A DNA stretch of 64,000 bases from Candidatus Woesearchaeota archaeon (GCA_047602765.1 JBLKOL010000001.1:2273-66272), one strand, 5' to 3'. Shown: positions 1 to 8,898, counted from the stretch's first letter. Made by a program: numbers and translations. The notes: generated by a model from the letters alone, not told the origin.

Positions 1-94
1 GCATCATTGAGCGGTCCTTGATGAGGAGCACGGCGAAGAATACGGCGAGGAATCCGACTACGGCGAGCAGTATCGAGAGTACGAGCGTGATCAT
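1..94 (-). CDS. Partial CDS (N-terminus only, runs off left edge): membrane protein MITLVLSILLAVVGFLAVFFAVLLIKDRSMM...
   Basis: ATG at 94 on minus strand, TM-like N-terminus, TATA-like tctatatc at 116-123 about 25 nt upstream; absent from ORF track because truncated. Confidence 0.3.
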   Translation of the reverse strand, partial: MITLVLSILLAVVGFLAVFFAVLLIKDRSMM

Positions 95-198
95 ACGTAT
101 ACGTGCATGTCCGGGTCTATATCACTACCGGTCTACTACGGATCGCGTGTGTTGTCTGAGGCGAGTGACCGCCCACCTCTTCGGCGATCCAAGCTGCT

Positions 199-1098
199 CT
201 AGCCTCGGTTGCGGAGCCGTGCGATGCGGTCTTCGATCGGCGGGTGGGTTGCGAAGAGCGAGTGCATGAAGTTCTTCTTGACAGGGTCCTTGATGAACAT
301 CTCGGAGGTGAGTGAACTCGCTCCGCGAAGCTGGGTCGTATCACCCGCGATCTTCTCGAGTGCCGATGCGAGTCCTTCCGGGTAGCGGGTGAACTCGACC
401 GCCGTCGCATCTGCTAGGTATTCGCGGTTCCGGCTGAGCGCCATGCGTGCGAGTTGTGCGAGTATGACGGCGAGGATCGAGAACGCGAGTCCGATGAAGA
501 ACATGAGGATCGCTCCGCGCCCGTCCCGGCTGCGCCCTCCGCCTCCGAAGAGCGCTGCTCGAAATCCGATCTCTGCGATCATGACGATCGCTCCTGCGAG
601 CACCGATGCGAAGAGCATGAGTCTGATGTCGTAGTTCTTGATGTGTGCTACTTCGTGTGCGGCGACGGCTTTGATCTCTTCTCGGTTGAGTTTCCGGATG
701 AGTCCTTCGGTGAAGGCGACGTGTCCTTTCTCAGGGCTCATGCCGGTGGCGAAGGCGTTGAGCGCGTTCGATGGTATGACCCAGACGCGTGGCATGGGGA
801 CGCCGGAGGAGAGTCTGATCTCTTCGACGATGTTGTAGATCTGTTTGTGCTTCTGATCGCTTGTCTCAGGGGTGATTTCGATGGCTCCGACCGATGAGAG
901 TGCCATGTTCGCTCCGGCGAAGTATCCTATAAGCGCGTAGATGATGCTGATGACCACGGCGATGCCCAGTCCGAAACTCGGGCTTCCGAGCCAGAAGAAT
1001 CCGATAGCATACCCGAGTGATGCGAGGAGCAGTACGAATCCGAAGACGAGCACGCCGCTCATCCGCTTGTTCTTCGAGATCTGCTGTCGGAAGTCCAT
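199..1098 (-). CDS. htpX: HtpX-family M48 zinc metalloprotease (membrane)
   Basis: N-terminal TM helices, HEVAH (HExxH) motif, typical HtpX C-terminus ...THPPIEDRIARL; TAG stop. Confidence 0.9.
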   Translation of the reverse strand: MDFRQQISKNKRMSGVLVFGFVLLLASLGYAIGFFWLGSPSFGLGIAVVISIIYALIGYFAGANMALSSVGAIEITPETSDQKHKQIYNIVEEIRLSSGVPMPRVWVIPSNALNAFATGMSPEKGHVAFTEGLIRKLNREEIKAVAAHEVAHIKNYDIRLMLFASVLAGAIVMIAEIGFRAALFGGGGRSRDGRGAILMFFIGLAFSILAVILAQLARMALSRNREYLADATAVEFTRYPEGLASALEKIAGDTTQLRGASSLTSEMFIKDPVKKNFMHSLFATHPPIEDRIARLRNRG

Positions 1099-1113
1099 CG
1101 TGCAGAGTACGTC

Positions 1114-1665
1114 TCAGAACGATACTTTGACGGGTTCGCGTTCGGCTTCAGGGGTTTGGAGCATCTCACGCGTCTTCTTACCGAAGGCGGGGAGAACCAT
1201 GTTGTTGGGGAAGACCTGGAGCAGGTTGTTGAAATCGAGTACGCGGTCGTTGTAGAACTGGCGTGCCGCTGCGATCTTGTTCTCCGTCGTCGTGAGTTCC
1301 TCTTGGAGGGCGAGGAAGTTCTCGTTCGCCTTGAGGTCTGGATAGTTCTCGGCTACTGCGAAGAGCGATTTGAGCGTCTCCGTGAGCTGGTTGTTCGCGT
1401 GGACCTTCTCCTCGGTCGTGCCTGCGCTCATGACGGCTGCGCGAGCCTTCGTCACGTTCTCAAGGACGCTCTTCTCGTGCTTGACGTATCCTTTGACGGT
1501 GTTTACGAGGTTCGGGATGAGATCGGCACGTCGTTTGAGCTGCACGTCGATCTGTGCGAATCCGTTCTCGACTTGGTTTTCGAGGCGTACCGATCGGTTG
1601 AATACGGCGATGACCCAGAGCACTCCTATGACGGCGATACCGCCGATGATCCATCCAAGTACCAT
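1114..1665 (-). CDS. lemA: LemA family protein
   Basis: N-terminal TM then [32 protein letters not shown]... characteristic LemA sequence; 15 nt upstream of htpX (operon). Confidence 0.9.
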   Translation of the reverse strand: MVLGWIIGGIAVIGVLWVIAVFNRSVRLENQVENGFAQIDVQLKRRADLIPNLVNTVKGYVKHEKSVLENVTKARAAVMSAGTTEEKVHANNQLTETLKSLFAVAENYPDLKANENFLALQEELTTTENKIAAARQFYNDRVLDFNNLLQVFPNNMVLPAFGKKTREMLQTPEAEREPVKVSF

Positions 1666-1687
1666 GGATGTGGTGTGACGAAGTCGG

Positions 1688-1696
1688 TTTTTAAAC
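1688..1696 (-). promoter_or_regulatory. TATA box for lemA-htpX (leaderless)
   Basis: tttttaaac in GC-rich context, 23 nt from lemA ATG (1665). Confidence 0.5.
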
Positions 1697-1726
1697 GTTG
1701 TTAAGCTCTGTTACGGCTTGGATCTG

Positions 1727-2065
1727 TCAGGGCCCTTCGAATAGAAGCAGAAGCTGTCCGACCTGTGCGAGCGCTCGTGGTGGCATCGGTGGCGAAAGAC
1801 GTGCTGCATGCGAGGCGTATGAGCCGTACGTCTGATCGTGTCGTGCTACGTTGGCTTCGTTCGCTCCTGAGACGTACTTCTCGAAGAAACCTGGTGTGCG
1901 CATACTCGTCTCGCGTGCTGCTGCGTTCGCAAGTCCGCTCGTAAGAAGGTACGCTGCGTTCTGATCCGCAGGCTTCAGTTGGGTGAACCACGTTGAGAAT
2001 CGTACGACGAGGTCATCGAGTTCGCCGTCCGTATCGTTGTGTCGTGACTCATGAGGCTCGTTCAT
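1727..2065 (-). CDS. Hypothetical protein (112 aa from MNEPHESRH...)
   Basis: Internal ATG of 200-aa ORF chosen so it does not overlap the 2117 gene; shares TATA 2086-2093; no recognisable motifs. Confidence 0.3.
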   Translation of the reverse strand: MNEPHESRHNDTDGELDDLVVRFSTWFTQLKPADQNAAYLLTSGLANAAARETSMRTPGFFEKYVSGANEANVARHDQTYGSYASHAARLSPPMPPRALAQVGQLLLLFEGP

Positions 2066-2085
2066 GCCCGAGGGGTATTCGCTAC

Positions 2086-2093
2086 CTTTAAGT
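2086..2093. promoter_or_regulatory. TATA box shared by divergent genes at 2065(-) and 2117(+)
   Basis: ctttaagt, about 21-27 nt from both start codons. Confidence 0.4.
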
Positions 2094-2116
2094 GACCATA
2101 CATCTGCCCAGGGGGT

Positions 2117-2386
2117 ATGTGGAAGATCCTCGCCGCTATGGACCTGATCATCGCAGGAGTGCTCGTCAGCCAGCTCTTCTTCGATATTCCGTGGCGGATC
2201 ATCGTGGCCCTCGCAGGGCACCTCCTCGTCAAGGCGTGGCTCTTCTGGCCCGAGCCGCTCTCGATCGCTGATGGGGTCATCGCCATCATCGCTCTGATCG
2301 GCATCGTGGTTACGTACGAGCCGATCCACTGGGGAGCAGTGATCGTGCTCGCCTACAAGTCGCTGCCCGCGTTCATCTCACTGTGA
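2117..2386 (+). CDS. Small integral membrane protein (89 aa, 3 predicted TM)
   Basis: Hydrophobic helices throughout; TATA about 27 nt upstream. Confidence 0.5.
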   Translation: MWKILAAMDLIIAGVLVSQLFFDIPWRIIVALAGHLLVKAWLFWPEPLSIADGVIAIIALIGIVVTYEPIHWGAVIVLAYKSLPAFISL

Positions 2387-2399
2387 ACCCGCATAAAAG

Positions 2400-2408
2400 T
2401 CTATAAAG
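2400..2408 (+). promoter_or_regulatory. TATA box for 2429 gene
   Basis: tctataaag, 27 nt upstream of ATG 2429. Confidence 0.5.
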
Positions 2409-2428
2409 CCGCACCTCGATGAGGGGAT

Positions 2429-3184
2429 ATGGCGTCCTTCGAAGGCTTCTGGGCGGAGTTCCGTCGCAATTCGATCCCTCGGTGGCCTGAGAACCGTATC
2501 ATCCTCGCCTTCGCACTCATTGGCTTGCTCGCCGTGGGTTTCAACGACGTCCTCATCCTCGGTCCGCTCAAGACCGAAGGGACGCCGTACGAGCCGATCG
2601 TCCTCTTGTTCTCTGCGATCGGAGCGCTCATCGCCGTGTACAGCAACGTCCTCGTCCAGAAAGCGTTCGCACTGCGTCGTGGCATCCAGACGACGGCATC
2701 GTGGAATCCGCTCAAACTCGCCTTAGGAGCGCTCTTCAGTCTCTTCTCGTACGGACTGGCCCCTGTGGTCTTCCCACCGGACCTCGACGCGAAGATCAAA
2801 CCCTACCAGCGCGTCGGAAAATGGCGCTACCAAGTGAACTTCAAAGACTATGCGAAGATGGGCACGGCAGGTCTCATCGTGAATCTGATCATCGCAAGCG
2901 TATTCGCCCTGTTCGGCATGGCCGACCCGCTCACGCGCGGTATCGTCATCGCATCAGCGTTCTGTGCGGTGGGAACCATCCTTCCCATACCTCGTTCGGC
3001 GGGATTCTTCCTCTTCTACACGAGCTTCATATACTACGCATTGGTCCTCGGACTCGCAGCGATTGGCCTCATACTCGTCTATTCAGGGAGCGTCTCGCTC
3101 GCCATCACGCTCGGCCTTGTGATGACCGTGCTCTTCTGGGCGTTCGTCGTGCTCCAAGTGGACAAGATGATCGACATCACCTGA
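2429..3184 (+). CDS. Polytopic membrane protein, unknown function (251 aa)
   Basis: Six or more hydrophobic segments; leaderless start behind TATA. Confidence 0.6.
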   Translation: MASFEGFWAEFRRNSIPRWPENRIILAFALIGLLAVGFNDVLILGPLKTEGTPYEPIVLLFSAIGALIAVYSNVLVQKAFALRRGIQTTASWNPLKLALGALFSLFSYGLAPVVFPPDLDAKIKPYQRVGKWRYQVNFKDYAKMGTAGLIVNLIIASVFALFGMADPLTRGIVIASAFCAVGTILPIPRSAGFFLFYTSFIYYALVLGLAAIGLILVYSGSVSLAITLGLVMTVLFWAFVVLQVDKMIDIT

Positions 3185-3859
3185 TCATGCGATGATTGCG
3201 ACTGCATCCTTCGAACGCACGAGCTCTTCGACACCTGGTGAGTGTGCTTTTCCGATGACGAGCAGGACTGTGTCGAAGTGTTCGCTCAAACGCAAGGCGT
3301 TTCGTGCGATCGTACGGTTGCGGTCTTCGACGAGCACGCGGTAGAACGAAGGGTAGCGGCTGCGCATATGTTCGAGGACCGTTTCGACGACCTCATCAGG
3401 AGGGATTTTGTCGAGATCGAGGTTTGCGAGCGCATCGTCGGGTTTCGAGCGTCCGGGGATGAGGTCGATGATGAACCGCAGCTTCTCTCGGCGAGGGATG
3501 CGTCTGAGCGCTGCGAGTGTCGCGGTGATATCCCGATCGACGAGCGCTACGCTCGCGCCGTTCTCACGTGCTGCTCTGAGTGCGTGGAGCATCTCCGAAC
3601 CCGGTTGCAGCCCGAGCGAGGTTCCGATCTTCTGTTGGAGCATGCGTCCTACGGTGAAGAACGTCGCCGAGAACAATCCCGCACGTCTCCATAACTGCCA
3701 GAAGCTCGCGCTCGGCAATCCCTTCTCGAGCGAGTGGAGCCGTCTGCGGTCGAGTTCGATCCCGACCACATCAGGTTTGTATGCTTCCATAGCCGCATCG
3801 ACACGCCTCAGGCTCTCAGAAGCGACGTGCGAGGTTCCGACGATGACGATACGCGGCAT
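3185..3859 (-). CDS. TraB/PrgY (GumN-like) family protein
   Basis: MPRIVIVGTSHVASESLRRV...PDVVGIELD N-terminal signature of TraB family. Confidence 0.75.
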   Translation of the reverse strand: MPRIVIVGTSHVASESLRRVDAAMEAYKPDVVGIELDRRRLHSLEKGLPSASFWQLWRRAGLFSATFFTVGRMLQQKIGTSLGLQPGSEMLHALRAARENGASVALVDRDITATLAALRRIPRREKLRFIIDLIPGRSKPDDALANLDLDKIPPDEVVETVLEHMRSRYPSFYRVLVEDRNRTIARNALRLSEHFDTVLLVIGKAHSPGVEELVRSKDAVAIIA

Positions 3860-3862
3860 CCG

Positions 3863-4474
3863 TCAAGGGCTGGTTGGCGGTTGATAAAGGTTGAGGGCCT
3901 CAACCGTGCCCCTGTATATAAGTGAAAGGCTTCCGTGATCCAACCAAGCATAACTGCGGCGCCCTCCGTGGTCGCGTACGATTTCGTCTGCTTGTGCGAA
4001 GAATGCTGCAGCAGCCGATAGAACGGTCGGGTTATCATCTCCGAGCGCGCCCCGAGCGAACAGTTCTGACCGTTCTTGCCCGGTCTCGAAGGATTCGAAG
4101 AGCGGTTCTTCGCCCTCAGGGTCGAAAGCTCTGTGGAGCGCGTCCTCGATGGTCGACCCGAGGTACCATGCCTTGAGACGGCGAGATGTCGCGACGAACG
4201 TATAGGATGCTGGCCAATAGCGGAGTTCAACAACCCCTCTCCTCTCTTCTTCGGGGTTGAGGTATGTGAACCAACTGATGGCTGGATGCGGGGATTCTCG
4301 GAGCAGAGTTGCGAGGTTGAGCGCACCGTGGTGGCGTTCAACGAGTCCGTCGAGCCATACAGCCTGATTTTCTGGCGTCGTGTGTTCGAGCCACACTCGC
4401 TCAGATGCCCGCATCCCACGAGCACAGAGAACCGCGTATGTCTCCGGTTGCTCGATCGGTCCGAATCTTGTCAT
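3863..4474 (-). CDS. Hypothetical protein, 203 aa; C-terminal ~85 aa paralogous to ORF 4962-5354
   Basis: Shared block YLGSTIEDALHRAF...AAAAFFAQADEIVRDHGG vs YTLGRTIEADVRDAF...TAAAFHDRAGRIVRGHGG; TATA tctctatag about 4487-4495. Confidence 0.55.
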   Translation of the reverse strand: MTRFGPIEQPETYAVLCARGMRASERVWLEHTTPENQAVWLDGLVERHHGALNLATLLRESPHPAISWFTYLNPEEERRGVVELRYWPASYTFVATSRRLKAWYLGSTIEDALHRAFDPEGEEPLFESFETGQERSELFARGALGDDNPTVLSAAAAFFAQADEIVRDHGGRRSYAWLDHGSLSLIYRGTVEALNLYQPPTSP

Positions 4475-4688
4475 ACGCTTGAGTATCTCTATAGATTCAA
4501 ATACTTCTCGAGCGGTATTTGCCGCTGAGGGGGGACAGCTGTTTGCTCTGATTATTGCTTCGAGTATCGGGTGTTCTCGAGCGTTAGCGGGCTATAGATG
4601 AGCACCGCATCGGTACCGATGCCGCCGTGTCTGCGTACGGTTCGGACGTGCTCTCTTTGTGTCGAGAGTTCGTTCGTGCAACCGATGT

Positions 4689-4697
4689 GTATATATC
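4689..4697 (+). promoter_or_regulatory. TATA box for 4719 gene
   Basis: gtatatatc about 29 nt upstream of ATG 4719. Confidence 0.45.
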
Positions 4698-4718
4698 GGA
4701 CCGGTTCGTACTACGTGT

Positions 4719-4946
4719 ATGGTATCTGAGAACGGTTCGAAACGAGTGGATTATCCCGCGGCAGCAATGGATGCTGGGCGCGTTGCGTTTTCCATCAGGG
4801 AGCTTGGTGATTTCACTTCTGATAAACTGGCAGCTCACCTCGAAGCGAAAGGCGTGACGGTGCCGTCTGCTGTGTTGGAGGATCGGCTTGGTCATCTCGT
4901 TGCGGCCGGTTGGCTCACGTATCAGGACGGTCGGTACCACACCTGA
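4719..4946 (+). CDS. Small winged-helix-like protein (75 aa)
   Basis: FSIRELGDFTSDKLAAHLEAKGVTVPSAVLEDRLGHLVAAGWLTYQDGRY resembles wHTH (helix-turn-helix plus wing); start picked by TATA spacing. Confidence 0.45.
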   Translation: MVSENGSKRVDYPAAAMDAGRVAFSIRELGDFTSDKLAAHLEAKGVTVPSAVLEDRLGHLVAAGWLTYQDGRYHT

Positions 4947-4961
4947 CCGAATCCCTTGATA

Positions 4962-5354
4962 TCATCCGGAATATGGTATGGTACGGTGTTTCGTGTTGAC
5001 CAACGTGAGCGGTCCGTAGTGCAGGAGCGCCGTTTCCGTTGTGCCTCCATGACCTCGTACGATCCTGCCCGCTCGGTCGTGGAACGCTGCAGCTGTATCG
5101 AAGATGTGTGCTCCATCAGCGATTCTCTTGAGCGTCCTATATCCCTCTGCCTCTTGGTGGGTAGCAAAGCCGAGCGAACCAGCCTGCGTAAACGCATCTC
5201 TGACGTCGGCCTCGATCGTTCGTCCGAGCGTGTACGTGAGGGTGCGATGGATACACGCAGGCGAAGTGTTCGCCCGGTCGAAAAACTGGTCGTGATCGAT
5301 TCGCCTCGGATTCGTGACGAAACGGCTCTGCGCTTCTGTATCTCGCCCGACCAA
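4962..5354 (-). pseudogene. Truncated paralogue of 3863-4474 family (130 codons, no ATG anywhere, only a TTG start)
   Basis: Homology begins at residue ~41 vs ~104 in the full-length paralogue; no Met codon in ORF; TATA too close to the ORF start. Confidence 0.4.
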
Positions 5355-5406
5355 ACGTTTATATAGAGTCTCGTGTTCGTCTCGGTATCATTGAGGAGGG
5401 GTTACA

Positions 5407-5670
5407 ATGCTACGGATGAAGAAGCTCTCAGAGATCTACGGGATGAAGGTATACACCGACGAAGGGGACTACTTCGGCGACCTTGAGGAAGTCATCGTCT
5501 CTCAGACGAAGGTTAACTCATGGCGTGTGCGCGCGATGCGCGGCTCGCTTCTGAGCAAGGTCCTCGGTTCAGCGAAAGGCGTGATCGTACCGCACGGCTT
5601 GGTCAAGTCGATCGGCGATATCATGGTCATTTCCCGCTCGGCCGCACCTGCTCGTCCCGATGACGAGTAG
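5407..5670 (+). CDS. PRC-barrel domain protein
   Basis: KLSEIYGMKVYTDEGDYFGDLEEVIV...GVIVPHGLVKSIGDIMVI typical PRC barrel; gaggagggg SD-like sequence upstream. Confidence 0.8.
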   Translation: MLRMKKLSEIYGMKVYTDEGDYFGDLEEVIVSQTKVNSWRVRAMRGSLLSKVLGSAKGVIVPHGLVKSIGDIMVISRSAAPARPDDE

Positions 5671-5680
5671 TTGATGCAGG

Positions 5681-7135
5681 ATGCACTTCTCGATCGTTTC
5701 GAAGAAGTCGTACGATAAGAAGGAGACGCTCCTCGTACCGCTCGCGGCGGATCCGAAAGTCACGAGTCGGCTCAACGACACAGACCGCTCGTTCATCGAT
5801 GCGTACGTGAAGGATACGAGTTTCTCTCGTAAAGACATTGCGCTCATCAAGATACCTGAGCTCGATATGACTGTTCTGCTCTGTGGTATCGGCTCGCTTA
5901 CCGATTCGCTCGCACATGCGGTGCGTTCGTACAGCGATCGGATCGAGTCGCTCACGTTCGAGATCGAGATGTTCTCTCAGTTCTCGCTCTCAGATGATTC
6001 GCTCGTGAACTCGATCGTCTCGGCGGTATTGCTCGGAGCGGATAAGGGTCGGAGCAGTCGAGTGGTGAAACTGCGTTCGGTAACGATCAACGTTCCTGAT
6101 GGAACGGTCGAATCATACCGTGATCGGTTCAATCGTTCGATCGAGAACATCACCGCTACGCGTAATGCTCGGCTCATGGGGAACATGCTCTCATCCAAGC
6201 GTTCTGCGGAGTCGGCATCAGAGATGATGCGCAAAGGACTCTCCAAGCGCATCAGGCCTCGCGTGATCGGACTCAAAGAACTCAAGTCGCTTCGCCTCTA
6301 CGGCTTGGCAGCTCTCGCTGAATACAGCGATGAAGAACCATCATTGCTCGTGTTCGAACACAAACCGGAGAAGGGCAAGACGATCGTCGTCTGCGGATCG
6401 TGTCTGATCGACCCGACGCGCACCGCTGAGGAACGCGATCGCGACGTCATAGGCGCCGCCCTTGTACGTTCGTTGTGCGAGACGTATTCGGTCTATGATA
6501 AGGACCACCACATCGTGTTTCTCATAGCTCTTGCACGATGCGACTCGTCGCGAGCGCCTTCCGCGCACGATATCAGGCTCGCGTCGGGAACATCGTATAC
6601 CGTTTCAACCATAGAGCACCTGCGTTACGTTATGCTCGCCGATGCGATCTACTACGCGTCGCGTTACAAGCCGAGGATAATCGCATCCTTCGCAGCGGAG
6701 GGACTCTCGCACATGCTCGGCTATCGGATCATGACCTACGTATCGAACGCCGACGTGCTCAAAGAAGCGCTCGAACACGCAGGGCGGTTCGTTCACGAAC
6801 GCGTCTGGGAATTGCCGATCATATCGCTCCGGCAGGTACACGGAGAGAACCATACGATCAGATTGCGCGCCGCACGTGCGAACGCAGCGTTCACGAATGC
6901 GATGTCGCTCGAACTCTCGAGCGGAGGGTATCCGTGGATGCACCTCGACCTCTCATCACACATCGCTTCGAGCCGAGCTCACGGACTGCTCAGTGAAGGA
7001 GCGACGGGTATCGGAGCGGCGACGATGACCGAGTATCTGCGGCGCGTTTCTGGTGAAACGATACGGGATGACGAGACGCCCAAGACCGATCCCAAGAACG
7101 AGCCGTCTTCACCTAGGCCGGTCGAAAAGGATTAA
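5681..7135 (+). CDS. M17 leucyl aminopeptidase homologue with degenerate active site (probable pseudo-peptidase)
   Basis: Collinear with PepA catalytic domain (VWELPI, WMHLDL, EGATGIGAATMTEYL) but VGKGxTFDSGG is VCGSCLIDPTR and NTDAEGR is STIEHLR. Confidence 0.7.
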   Translation: MHFSIVSKKSYDKKETLLVPLAADPKVTSRLNDTDRSFIDAYVKDTSFSRKDIALIKIPELDMTVLLCGIGSLTDSLAHAVRSYSDRIESLTFEIEMFSQFSLSDDSLVNSIVSAVLLGADKGRSSRVVKLRSVTINVPDGTVESYRDRFNRSIENITATRNARLMGNMLSSKRSAESASEMMRKGLSKRIRPRVIGLKELKSLRLYGLAALAEYSDEEPSLLVFEHKPEKGKTIVVCGSCLIDPTRTAEERDRDVIGAALVRSLCETYSVYDKDHHIVFLIALARCDSSRAPSAHDIRLASGTSYTVSTIEHLRYVMLADAIYYASRYKPRIIASFAAEGLSHMLGYRIMTYVSNADVLKEALEHAGRFVHERVWELPIISLRQVHGENHTIRLRAARANAAFTNAMSLELSSGGYPWMHLDLSSHIASSRAHGLLSEGATGIGAATMTEYLRRVSGETIRDDETPKTDPKNEPSSPRPVEKD

Positions 7136-7139
7136 ATAG
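7131..7139 (+). promoter_or_regulatory. TATA box for 7160 gene
   Basis: attaaatag about 25 nt upstream of ATG 7160. Confidence 0.45.
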
Positions 7140-7159
7140 CATTCTTGCACGGAACACGT

Positions 7160-7372
7160 ATGGCACGAGCCCGCACCGCTCTACGCAGCTTCCAGAAAGG
7201 CGTGCGTTCCGAGATCGACCGTTTGCACCACGCGACCGAACACTTCGTGAGGACCGCAACGCACCACGCCAAGTCGAAAGACCACCTCGAAGCGCTCGAA
7301 GAGCACGTGCTCGAGATCGGCCGCAACATCGATGAACTCGAAGAGATGCTCTTCAACCTCCACCTCAAGTGA
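7160..7372 (+). CDS. Small His-rich helical protein (70 aa)
   Basis: ORF with leaderless ATG behind TATA; predicted all-helical; no family recognised. Confidence 0.4.
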   Translation: MARARTALRSFQKGVRSEIDRLHHATEHFVRTATHHAKSKDHLEALEEHVLEIGRNIDELEEMLFNLHLK

Positions 7373-7376
7373 TCCT

Positions 7377-8057
7377 ATGGCAACGACTCCGAAACGGAAG
7401 GTAACGAAACGAACGGCGCCCGCGACGAAGAAGCGCACGAAGCCAACGACCAAAACCACGGCGAAATCTACCAAGCCGACGAAGGCTTCGAAGAGCACGA
7501 AGCCGTCTACTCGTACGACTGCCAAGAAGCCTGCTGTGAAGAGCGCGAAAAAAACCGCGACGAAGAGGCCTTCGAAGACCACTCAGAAAAAGGCTCTAGC
7601 CAAGAGTCCTCAGAAGAGGGTCGCGAAGACTACTCGCCGTGCGAAGAGCGCCGTACCGAAGGCTTCGACGCGCAAAACCACGAAGGCTCGCTCGAAAACG
7701 TCGGGAACGAAGAAGTCCAAGAAGACCACGAAGGCTTCAAAGCCAACAAAGGCTTCGCCCGCCCGCAAGAGAGCTGCGCCAACCCGCACACCAGGTTCGG
7801 CAACGAAGAAGGCCAAGCGTACACCTGCTCGCAAGCGAACCGCTGCGAAGCGTTCTGAAACGCTCACGTCTATCGACATCGAACGCGAACTTCGCGCACT
7901 GCACGATCAGATGGCGCTCTCGCTTGAGAGTATCGAAGAACTCCTCGAAGGCGTTTCGACCAAGCACCGCACGATCGCCAAACGCCACCTGCGAAAGTTC
8001 CACTCAGAGCAGAAACGGCACCTCGAACACATCAAGGCCAAGCTAGCCGAGTCTTGA
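7377..8057 (+). CDS. Highly basic Lys/Thr/Ala/Pro/Arg-rich protein (histone H1 / AlgP-like tail, ~165 aa) with C-terminal helical domain
   Basis: MATTPKRKVTKRTAPATKKRTKPTTKTTAKSTKPTKASK... low-complexity repeats; ATG 4 nt after previous stop. Confidence 0.65.
   Translation: MATTPKRKVTKRTAPATKKRTKPTTKTTAKSTKPTKASKSTKPSTRTTAKKPAVKSAKKTATKRPSKTTQKKALAKSPQKRVAKTTRRAKSAVPKASTRKTTKARSKTSGTKKSKKTTKASKPTKASPARKRAAPTRTPGSATKKAKRTPARKRTAAKRSETLTSIDIERELRALHDQMALSLESIEELLEGVSTKHRTIAKRHLRKFHSEQKRHLEHIKAKLAES
7380..7860 (+). repeat. Low-complexity coding repeats (AAG/ACG/GCx/CCx-rich) encoding K/T/A/P tracts
   Basis: Recurrent ccacgaaggcttc / aagccgac units visible in nucleotide sequence. Confidence 0.6.
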
Positions 8058-8877
8058 TCCAACGAGCGATGTCTTCTCGAACCCACGCGTAGTGTTCATC
8101 GGTATTGAACCACTTACCCGGCCACGTCCGATCGTTCAGGTTATGGTCCGCTCCGGGGATGATACTCACTTCTTTCACAGCATTCCACCGTTCGATCGTT
8201 GCGAGCGCCGAAGCGTCGAGCACATCGTCTCTGATGCCGAACTCAGGTTGGTTCCCTCCGTAGACGAAGAACGTAGGAGTTGTAACGCGCTCTGCGGCAT
8301 CGACGAGGCCCGGAGCGTCTTTGAGCCGCTCCAAGAACACGTTCGGATCGCCGATGCGCATACCGACCACACTCAGATCCTTCGACTCTTCATCTACCTG
8401 TGATCGGTAGTCTCCGTTCGTAAGGCGATGGTAGAGATCATACGCTTTGACGCCCGCTTCGAGTACGTGCGTGGGGAAGAGGTGCGCATGCTCCAAGAAC
8501 CACCCTGGAACCGCATCCTGGGGTCTCGCTGGCGAGTTGATGATGACCATACCTGCGATTTCTCGCCCGATGCTCGCATTCGCCGCGATGATCCCTCCAG
8601 CGCTGTGGCCGACGAGCACGATGCGCTCATACGACTCCGTATATCGGTCGATGAGTTCTCCGAACCCGTGTATCATCGCATTAAGATCCCACTCGCCCCC
8701 GCTTCCACCCTGTGCGTACAGATCTGCCGCGACGAGGTCGACGCCTTCGAGGTGTTCGATGATGCCGAGAGCGAAGGCTTCGATCGACTCTTTCGGTTCG
8801 GTGATACCAGGAAGCGCGATGAGCAGAGCAGGATTGTCCTCTCGGTGTTCGCTCATCGCGATGTGAACGGGCTCCAT
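8032..8877 (-). CDS. Alpha/beta-fold hydrolase
   Basis: Nucleophile elbow GHSAGG, C-terminal GADHN (His of triad). Confidence 0.8.
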   Translation of the reverse strand: MEPVHIAMSEHREDNPALLIALPGITEPKESIEAFALGIIEHLEGVDLVAADLYAQGGSGGEWDLNAMIHGFGELIDRYTESYERIVLVGHSAGGIIAANASIGREIAGMVIINSPARPQDAVPGWFLEHAHLFPTHVLEAGVKAYDLYHRLTNGDYRSQVDEESKDLSVVGMRIGDPNVFLERLKDAPGLVDAAERVTTPTFFVYGGNQPEFGIRDDVLDASALATIERWNAVKEVSIIPGADHNLNDRTWPGKWFNTDEHYAWVREDIARWIKTRLAWP

Positions 8878-8898
8878 AGGCGAGCTGTGTTCATAATG

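Noticed and set aside
7181-7879. Minus-strand F/V/A/L-rich ORFs (133 aa and 89 aa) opposite the Lys-rich gene
   Set aside because: They are complements of AAG/ACG/GCC repeats. They have no start context, whereas the plus-strand gene follows the upstream ORF by 4 nt. Residual uncertainty is noted in the corresponding finding.
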